From IMG/VR virus record IMGVR_UViG_3300010413_000029, positions 1 to 62,833 of that record: a DNA stretch of 62,833 nt; one strand, given 5' to 3'. This stretch comes from a virus. Lineage: Duplodnaviria > Caudoviricetes. Under the pieces are notes generated by a model. That model was not told the origin of the DNA. It was given only the letters and a program-made list of their open reading frames with translations, and searched no databases. Position numbers and translations under genes: made by a program. This document shows positions 56,376 through 62,833 of the stretch, piece by piece; positions within the stretch are counted from its first letter, which is position 1, and each line of letters starts with the position of its first letter.

Positions 56376-56805
56376 TTATGTCATCCTTATCAGCCTCTAC
56401 CTGTTCAGCAGTAGAGCGATAGATGTCATTCAAACCGTCATACCAAAGAAACTCATGACCTAACTCTTTGGCAGTATCGACCCAAAAGGCAATGTCACCA
56501 GCAGGCAATCCAAAGAACTGCTCTTTCGTTGGCACTTCACCGCAAGAGCAAACAGTCAGAGGAATCCATACTTCCGTCAACAAATTGCGCTGAACCTGAC
56601 TCTCATAGGTCTTGGCCTCTGGCAACTCTTTCAGCAACTCAGACACCATCGAGTTCATCTTGAAGCGCGTAAATCCATTCGCCTCAGTCACCCATAGTTT
56701 GTACTTACGAAGCTGGATCTCGATCTCAATCAGGCCATCATCCGTATTGCCAACAGACAACCGATGAGGCTGAGGAATGGTTACATCAATATTTTCGCTA
56801 GTCAC
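56320..56805 (-). CDS. Tail assembly chaperone (G-type)
   Basis: Between major tail and tape measure genes; IKKK slippery run near the C-terminus. Confidence 0.7.
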   Translation of the reverse strand: MTSENIDVTIPQPHRLSVGNTDDGLIEIEIQLRKYKLWVTEANGFTRFKMNSMVSELLKELPEAKTYESQVQRNLLTEVWIPLTVCSCGEVPTKEQFFGLPAGDIAFWVDTAKELGHEFLWYDGLNDIYRSTAEQVEADKDDIKKKSRIPDDHPKAEKVPA

Positions 56806-56821
56806 GCTAGTCTCGCTTTCT

Positions 56822-57703
56822 CTAGTCTTCGATCAAATAGATGATATTGACTTCCACGCCAGCCCCATAGGTGGTGACAGGGGCAGTGTTGAACGTCACG
56901 CCAGTGAGTGCCATTGTGTAATCAGCCGCATCCTGGATCACAGGAGTCCCAGTGGTCAAGGCTGTCACAACCTGTACACCCGTGACATTGGCAGCCTGCT
57001 TATTCTCCGCAAACGGGAACGCAACCTGTCCAGCAGCCGGTTTGAACGAAACCAGGTGAGGCCGATAGGCAGCAAACCCATCCCAAATGCCAGCAGAGAA
57101 CGCCTGCGAGGCACTCACACCGGAGTATGGGTCAGAGACATCCGCAAGGGGAGCCAACTCGCTACCCCACAGATATTGGTCAACAGGGTTGGGAGCCAGG
57201 TCAAACACAAAGTCGATCACATCGGGGCCAAGTCCAGGCAAACGCGGGATCATCTTGGTATTACTGACAACCGTGATGCGCCAGCGTTGTGCACCACTAT
57301 CGGCCACAGCAGCCTGCCAGGTCATGATACCCACGTTCGGTTCGGAGCCACGCCGATCAGACAGGTGGGGAATCATTTGCATCTCTGCAATTTCCACAAT
57401 GGTCACACCCATAATCGCGGCCAGCAAATCCAGGTCAGTCCCATCAATGTTGATTTCAGCCGCAGCAGCTTCAATCGGGGGGAGCAACTGTTGTGCTCTC
57501 ACACCATCATTGCCAACATGCACAATACGACGAGCCGGGGGGATGGTCAGGTTATAGGATTTCAAGCCCTTGAGGGCAAACCCATTATAGGCACTTCCAC
57601 CAGCAGGGGCAGCAGGCCGTCCATAAGCATTCAACTCATAGACCACACCATCCCGCGCACCTACATAGGTATAAGGTTCCACACTTATGCTTGTCATATT
57701 CAC
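56822..57703 (-). CDS. Major tail protein
   Basis: Synteny, size and composition. Confidence 0.65.
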   Translation of the reverse strand: MNMTSISVEPYTYVGARDGVVYELNAYGRPAAPAGGSAYNGFALKGLKSYNLTIPPARRIVHVGNDGVRAQQLLPPIEAAAAEINIDGTDLDLLAAIMGVTIVEIAEMQMIPHLSDRRGSEPNVGIMTWQAAVADSGAQRWRITVVSNTKMIPRLPGLGPDVIDFVFDLAPNPVDQYLWGSELAPLADVSDPYSGVSASQAFSAGIWDGFAAYRPHLVSFKPAAGQVAFPFAENKQAANVTGVQVVTALTTGTPVIQDAADYTMALTGVTFNTAPVTTYGAGVEVNIIYLIED

Positions 57704-57957
57704 ACTCCTTCATCATCAAGGTTAGAAGGCACTCTGTAACTTGTCACTGGGGGAGGGGAGTCTTCATCATCCATGACAAGATGTATCTCAGGATTAGCCT
57801 GCCTTACAACTGCACGCCCTTCACAATAAGCAACCAAAAGGTCGGGACGTTCAGGGTCGATCACCAATTCAAGCTTGTGTACATGCCCCCGGATAGGGCA
57901 TTGAGCATACAAAATTTCAGGTTCTTTCTTTTTCTTACTCCGATATTTTCGAGGCAT
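57700..57957 (-). CDS. Hypothetical protein
   Basis: ORF in the structural operon. Confidence 0.55.
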   Translation of the reverse strand: MPRKYRSKKKKEPEILYAQCPIRGHVHKLELVIDPERPDLLVAYCEGRAVVRQANPEIHLVMDDEDSPPPVTSYRVPSNLDDEGV

Positions 57958-57961
57958 ATTG

Positions 57962-58450
57962 TTATCTCGGAACTATCATCTTCACAGTTACAACACACAC
58001 CTGACCAATATGAGAAATCGTAGGATCAGGATCGTTTGGGTCAGAGCCTTTTACAGGAATGTAACGAGGGTCAACATCAGATTGCATAAACGCATCCCGT
58101 ACAAAGTTGGTTTTGTTCAAGTTATGGCCTTTGTTGGTTTGGTTTACCAAGTCAATGACAGCATTCCGATAAGTCTTGAAAGCATTCCAGGCAGCAAGCT
58201 CAGTCGTTGTCCATCGTGCAAGGATGTCAAGGACTACATCATAACTATACTCATAGCGCGAACCACTGATCTCTGTGACAGGAAATCTACTCGGGTAGGT
58301 CGTGGCATAGTAGTCATTGCCATTGTCGTAGACCGTATCATCAGAAGCGGTCACCTGTATGTCAGCATGAGGAAAGTATGGACTGGCAAGCTCAGTCTTG
58401 AGCAAAGCAATCAATCCATTTTCGGCTAGTGAGTAATAATCCGTTGTCAT
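57962..58450 (-). CDS. Tail terminator-like protein
   Basis: Synteny and size. Confidence 0.5.
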   Translation of the reverse strand: MTTDYYSLAENGLIALLKTELASPYFPHADIQVTASDDTVYDNGNDYYATTYPSRFPVTEISGSRYEYSYDVVLDILARWTTTELAAWNAFKTYRNAVIDLVNQTNKGHNLNKTNFVRDAFMQSDVDPRYIPVKGSDPNDPDPTISHIGQVCVVTVKMIVPR

Positions 58451-58938
58451 TCTTTCGTCCGAAATCCTTCTTGCCTAGCAATCTGTTGTAGAGACTCTTT
58501 GACTTTCTTGGGAAGTTTCCCAACAAATTTGTCAATCGCATCTCGAAACAAGTTCCAGCGGCCACGATGGATGTTAGACTGACGATTGGTGCTACGAGCC
58601 GTTCCACCAATGTACTTGGAATGGGATAGGGGATTGCCAACGTCATAGCCTGTCTCAGTCTTGATGACCTGCCATCCCTTCACATACTCACCAGTGCGTT
58701 TGGTGGGGATTCCACGTCCAAACCCATCACTGGCAAAGAACGCTTTACGCTGTTTGACACTATCCCATTTGATAGGATAGGTCGGAGCGAGTCCAGGTTC
58801 CTTCATGACTTTGCGTATTGCAACCGCAGTATCATAGATGCGCTGGCGAGAAATCAAGGGAATCTTACGTCTCAATCTCTCGAAACGTTTCTGTACCAAA
58901 GTTGCCGGAGGGACGATCTTCAAGCTCAGGAACGGCAT
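58447..58938 (-). CDS. Neck / tail completion protein
   Basis: Basic; KRTGEY..GW, VGN...HSKY, Q..IH.GRW. Confidence 0.55.
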   Translation of the reverse strand: MPFLSLKIVPPATLVQKRFERLRRKIPLISRQRIYDTAVAIRKVMKEPGLAPTYPIKWDSVKQRKAFFASDGFGRGIPTKRTGEYVKGWQVIKTETGYDVGNPLSHSKYIGGTARSTNRQSNIHRGRWNLFRDAIDKFVGKLPKKVKESLQQIARQEGFRTKE

Positions 58939-58951
58939 CAGTTTGTAAGGT

Positions 58952-59368
58952 TCAAAGCAAATCAAACGAGGCTACATTTCGACCTGTCTCAGTCTTGACC
59001 AAGCCAAGGTTTTCAAGGCCAACGGTCTTGCGCTTGACCCAATCATGAAGCTCTTTATCAATCGTCATGAAGGGACTCATGCCAGACTCAAGGTACTTCT
59101 TGGTGAAAAACCGTCCTGCATTGTGGGAGTAATTCACCAAGTCTTTGACAATGCCTTCCACGAGCAGGGCAAATTCACCAGTGACATCCGTATCCGTGAC
59201 AGGAACCGTAAAGCCTTCATCAGACAGGGCAGTGTCAAGTAGTTGGCTTACATTACTCAGCCAACCATTGACAACCGCAAGCGTGGGAGTAGTCGCAACA
59301 GAGAAAGAGCCATTATCAGAATACAGAGCAGACAAGGCTCCCACGCCATCAGCAGTCCCATAGGTCAT
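58952..59368 (-). CDS. Head-tail adaptor
   Basis: MTYGT..GV, LDTAL...GFTVPV (Mu gp36-like pattern). Confidence 0.6.
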   Translation of the reverse strand: MTYGTADGVGALSALYSDNGSFSVATTPTLAVVNGWLSNVSQLLDTALSDEGFTVPVTDTDVTGEFALLVEGIVKDLVNYSHNAGRFFTKKYLESGMSPFMTIDKELHDWVKRKTVGLENLGLVKTETGRNVASFDLL

Positions 59369-59688
59369 TCACTGGCCTCTTCACCAAGCAATCCACGCGC
59401 CTCAAGGATCGCATCCAAGATTTTTGGTTTGGTGGTTGGCTTCGGGTTAGGGAGGTCGGCAAATTCAGGCAAACCCTTCAATTGACCTACCGTCAACGTG
59501 GCAAGATGAGCCGCCTCATTGATAGGGATGTCTTCATTGCCAGCAGCATCCTTGACAAGCACTACCTTATCAAGGAAGCCACTGGCCTCATCCTCAGTCA
59601 ATTCAACAGTAGCGCCAGGGCCATACTGCTTGAACGCACCAAACGCACAACCGGGCCGTACCCGATAGGTATATTTCTTGTCTTTCAT
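59365..59688 (-). CDS. Head-associated protein with Rho-N/HeH-like tail
   Basis: PGATVELTEDEA; LTVGQLK...TTKPKILDAIL; follows the capsid gene. Confidence 0.55.
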   Translation of the reverse strand: MKDKKYTYRVRPGCAFGAFKQYGPGATVELTEDEASGFLDKVVLVKDAAGNEDIPINEAAHLATLTVGQLKGLPEFADLPNPKPTTKPKILDAILEARGLLGEEASE

Positions 59689-59720
59689 AGCATCTCCTCG
59701 GATGTCAATTTGTTTTGCGA

Positions 59721-60710
59721 TTAGCACCCAGTGGCGTGACTAATGCCGCAGTTGCCATTGGCATCATGCTTCACGCGCGGGGCCAGAGCCGTCATGACAC
59801 GATATTCTGTGATCATGCCGCCCATCTCAACCCAAGAGATCGGGGCCAGGTTCAGGCCAATCGCCAGGTCAACCACGTTCGAGGTCATCTGGATAAGCAA
59901 GAAGTGACCATCGGTCATCTCATAGCTGGGTTTGATGTCGCGGATTTCTGGCATGTTGCGCAAGATGACCTGCTTCTCACTCTGCGGGTTGGTGGTGTCG
60001 AAGTAGTTGAGCAATTGCCCATACTGCGTCGAGGCACAATAGCCCATGAACGGGCCACGGAAGCCAATCGCACGCAAGGCAGTCAACATACCCTGAGCGG
60101 TCTTGTATGCATTTCCAGCCGTACCAAAGTCACCACCACCGTAGTTGGCAGCCGTGTCAGTCAGACGTTGAGTCTTATTGGTATAGCCTTGAATGGTATA
60201 CCCACCCAATTGAACCGAACTACCGGAGAACAACATGGTCTCCATACTCTCGGTCACAACACGAGTGGCAGCCGCAACATGGTCAGTTTCAAGAGGATCA
60301 CCACTCTGGCGAGCAGACGACAGATCGCGCAGGTCGAACATGAAATCTTTGAAGATGACCGGGATAGGCACGTTCACCTGAGTATATTCCAGGCGGTCTT
60401 TCTCACCAGGAACATCCACACTCATAGAAACGGTAGCCGCAGTCATTTCACCAATCTGCTCATAAGCAGAAACCTTGGAGCCAAGCCCACCCAGTCGTTT
60501 GATCAGACCAGCAGAGATGAGGTCTTGAATACCATTCAGTTCGATCTTAGCAGTTTCCAGAACAACACGATCAAGCTCTAGCCATTCGTCCTTTCTCAAA
60601 AGGGCGTTGTGGTGCATGCCCAAATGAGGGCGCAGGATGGGCATAGCCTTTAGCCCTTGCGGACCAAACAGGCTCATAACATCCGATACATTTTGTCGCA
60701 TCATAGTCAT
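59721..60710 (-). CDS. Major capsid protein (HK97 fold, Linocin M18/encapsulin-like)
   Basis: LRKDEWLELD, VPIPVIFKDF..DLRDL...R, VVDLAIG, PRVKHD..G.CGI.H. Confidence 0.85.
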   Translation of the reverse strand: MTMMRQNVSDVMSLFGPQGLKAMPILRPHLGMHHNALLRKDEWLELDRVVLETAKIELNGIQDLISAGLIKRLGGLGSKVSAYEQIGEMTAATVSMSVDVPGEKDRLEYTQVNVPIPVIFKDFMFDLRDLSSARQSGDPLETDHVAAATRVVTESMETMLFSGSSVQLGGYTIQGYTNKTQRLTDTAANYGGGDFGTAGNAYKTAQGMLTALRAIGFRGPFMGYCASTQYGQLLNYFDTTNPQSEKQVILRNMPEIRDIKPSYEMTDGHFLLIQMTSNVVDLAIGLNLAPISWVEMGGMITEYRVMTALAPRVKHDANGNCGISHATGC

Positions 60711-61201
60711 TATGCTACCCTCACCTTCACACGAGCAGGGGTCGTGCCAGCAAGATTGTTCACAGCCGCAACAGCCTGTCCTACCTTGCGACGAGGGGTC
60801 GGGGTTGTGGAGTTGTAGGCCATGAGATAGCCATCGGAAGCGGACTGCAAGTAACCATCCTGGGCAACGTTCTGTCCAGGGCCAAGCAGACCATAGAACA
60901 CATCACCGGACTTTGGATACCAGTTCTTCACACTTCCATTGTCATCATCATAATCAGTGTCGATGTCACCAAGGGTGATGGAGGTTGCATCAGGGTTTTT
61001 CCCTTCAACTGCAACCATGAGCGGGGCAACATCACCGGCTTGTGTGGAGTGAGGGCGCACCTCACCAGCAGTCAGTTCGGTGATCATGCCAGGGGTGATC
61101 GCACCATTCCCACAGGCATCCAGGGGAGCCAAGGGAAAGTCTTCAAAGTGCGGAGTCCCAGTGCTCTTGAGAACAATCGTGGATGGAGCAGATTTCGCCA
61201 T
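60710..61201 (-). CDS. Capsid decoration / cement protein
   Basis: GAITPGM, L.PGQNV..DGYLQSASDG.L; directly upstream of the capsid gene; start inferred at MAKSAP. Confidence 0.65.
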   Translation of the reverse strand: MAKSAPSTIVLKSTGTPHFEDFPLAPLDACGNGAITPGMITELTAGEVRPHSTQAGDVAPLMVAVEGKNPDATSITLGDIDTDYDDDNGSVKNWYPKSGDVFYGLLGPGQNVAQDGYLQSASDGYLMAYNSTTPTPRRKVGQAVAAVNNLAGTTPARVKVRVA

Positions 61202-61202
61202 C

Positions 61203-61805
61203 TTAGGCCTCCTTATCCTTCCAGGTTTCAATCTTGAAGATGTCAGGCATTTCGGCCACATCCTCAATCTTGTTGGTAATGATGGTACGCCCACCCATCG
61301 GGCCAAAGTTGACCTGCATCGGGAGCATGGCCTTTGCCATCTTGCGCAGGACGGGAAGCTCAAAGTCCTTCATTTCTTCCTCGGTCAACATGCCACCAGA
61401 GTTGGTCACGATTTGAGCCAAGATGGTCTGACGCTCAGTTTCTTCCTGGTTCTGCATGACTTCCACAGCCTGTACGGCACCAAGCAGCAATGCCTTGAAC
61501 GCATCCTGCCCGCCAATTTCATCAATCAGCGAGTTCAACCAGACCACGTTCTTGCCAACAGGGGCGAGAGTCTCTGGTTTGGCAGCAGGCTTAGGCTCCA
61601 GTTTTGGTTCAGGAGCAGGCTCTTGCGCATTCTTGACCATGTGCTTTTCTTCCCAGGACATCTGGTCTTCCTTGCTCATCTCGGCCCAATTGTCAGGCTT
61701 TGCCATGTCGTACTTGTTGACAGTGACTCCCTCTGGAGCATCATCACCAACATCGACATTGGTATTGAAGGCCTCCTTGAGAAGTTCTCCAATAGTCTTT
61801 TTCAT
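61203..61805 (-). CDS. Scaffold-like protein
   Basis: Acidic, PEPK-rich, helical; AAGGAG RBS. Confidence 0.55.
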   Translation of the reverse strand: MKKTIGELLKEAFNTNVDVGDDAPEGVTVNKYDMAKPDNWAEMSKEDQMSWEEKHMVKNAQEPAPEPKLEPKPAAKPETLAPVGKNVVWLNSLIDEIGGQDAFKALLLGAVQAVEVMQNQEETERQTILAQIVTNSGGMLTEEEMKDFELPVLRKMAKAMLPMQVNFGPMGGRTIITNKIEDVAEMPDIFKIETWKDKEA

Positions 61806-61872
61806 ACTCATCTCCTTTCTGTTATTATCCAGCAATATTTACAGATTTATAATAAGGATTTATAATGCTGGT

Positions 61873-62715
61873 ATGGAAACCTACATCAAAAATTGTATTA
61901 TATGTAATAAACAATTTTCTTATAGAAAATATGCTTCTCAAGAACAACAAAATCCAAAGCTTTGTTGTTCTAAAAGATGCAGTTATCAACTTATCTCTCA
62001 AAAAACAAAGGGAATAAGTCGTCCACGATCTAAAGACAAAGATAAATGGGTTATTCATACATGTAAAAATTGCGGAAAGAAATTTAGAGATTACGCTAGC
62101 AATAAAAGAAAGTTTTGTTCTTGGGAATGCAAAAGTTTTGGAAAAAAAACATACACTAAAAAGTGTGTGATTTGTAAAAAAGAATTTTCTTACCAAAAAT
62201 ATCCATCCCATGAAAAATTTAAACCAAAACTTTGTTGTTCTAAAAAATGTAGCTATGAACTTTCCTCTATAAAACTTAGTAGCAGGTTTATCCCAAATCA
62301 ATATAACGAAAAAAACGAGAGCAAATGGAAAATCTATAAATGCAAACAATGTGAAAAAAGTTTTGAAGCTCTCAAAAGTCGCAAACCAAAATTTTGTTCT
62401 GTAAAATGCAAAGGAGAATGGCAAAAAGAAAATTTGAAGGGAAAGAACAATCCAAATTGGAAGCCAACTAATCTCAAAAATCCATATACTCACATTCATC
62501 ATCAAATTAGAAAACAACTTGTAAAAGAACGAAAAAAATGCGAGAATTGCGAGTCGAAAATACATCTTCAAGTTCATCATAAAGACAGAGATCGAAGAAA
62601 TAACACTCCAAACAATTTGCTCTTGCTGTGCAAAATATGTCATGCTAATCTCCATAAAGAAGAAGGAGAGCCAAGAATCGCACAATTCATTATGAATCAC
62701 CCAACTCAGAAATAG
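61873..62715 (+). CDS. HNH endonuclease with four tandem Zn-finger repeats, antisense within the head module
   Basis: Four CxxC..F...CSxxC repeats, G.NNPNW, CENC...LQVHHKDRDRRNN...NL..LC..CH...H; TATAAT 6 nt before ATG; AT-rich. Confidence 0.9.
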   Translation: METYIKNCIICNKQFSYRKYASQEQQNPKLCCSKRCSYQLISQKTKGISRPRSKDKDKWVIHTCKNCGKKFRDYASNKRKFCSWECKSFGKKTYTKKCVICKKEFSYQKYPSHEKFKPKLCCSKKCSYELSSIKLSSRFIPNQYNEKNESKWKIYKCKQCEKSFEALKSRKPKFCSVKCKGEWQKENLKGKNNPNWKPTNLKNPYTHIHHQIRKQLVKERKKCENCESKIHLQVHHKDRDRRNNTPNNLLLLCKICHANLHKEEGEPRIAQFIMNHPTQK

Positions 62716-62833
62716 CATAAGCGGCAAATAATCCAAGCGCCAAGTTTTCACAACATTCAATGTTCTGTTTTATTTTTACCCACTTTCCATTTTCATCCTT
62801 TTTATACACTTTTTCAACTGCATCCCAAGCACG
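62690..62833. repeat. Copy of bases 1-144
   Basis: Exact sequence match. Confidence 0.95.

Noticed and set aside
59721-60710. Encapsulin nanocompartment
   Set aside because: The gene sits in a complete head operon with scaffold, decoration and adaptor genes, so it is the major capsid protein.
62690-62833. Biological direct terminal repeat
   Set aside because: The 144-bp repeat is exact, close to typical assembler overlap length and cuts through coding sequence, so a circular assembly overlap is the simpler explanation.

Overview
This window appears to be a complete, circularly permuted tailed-phage genome of about 62.7 kb; bases 1-144 recur at 62690-62833. It is probably siphovirus-like, and SSB, DnaB and lipobox signatures suggest a Chloroflexota (Anaerolineae) host (inference). 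Most genes are on the minus strand: packaging (terS, terL, portal fused to a 2H phosphoesterase, MuF-like), head and tail genes, a glycosyltransferase/methyltransferase cassette among the tail genes, lysis, replication/recombination (initiator with iterons, DnaB, ERF, SSB), MoxR AAA plus VWA, GGDEF-like, LemA and several HNH/GIY-YIG nucleases. I found no integrase, tRNA or CRISPR array. The most striking non-coding structures are: (1) two tandem integron gene cassettes with attC sites and no intI (971-1675); (2) three tandem small-RNA units downstream of a LexA-like repressor, with motifs matching a CAUCCA box and the AGGAGA RBS shared by seven promoter leaders; (3) four c4/CI-like self-complementary leader RNAs, three upstream of nuclease genes; (4) a dense 8-mer array in a membrane-protein operon; (5) a 2.6-kb IS1595 element with passenger genes and an 8-bp TSD that splits a phage gene. 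Protein family calls come from motif recognition by eye, not database searches.
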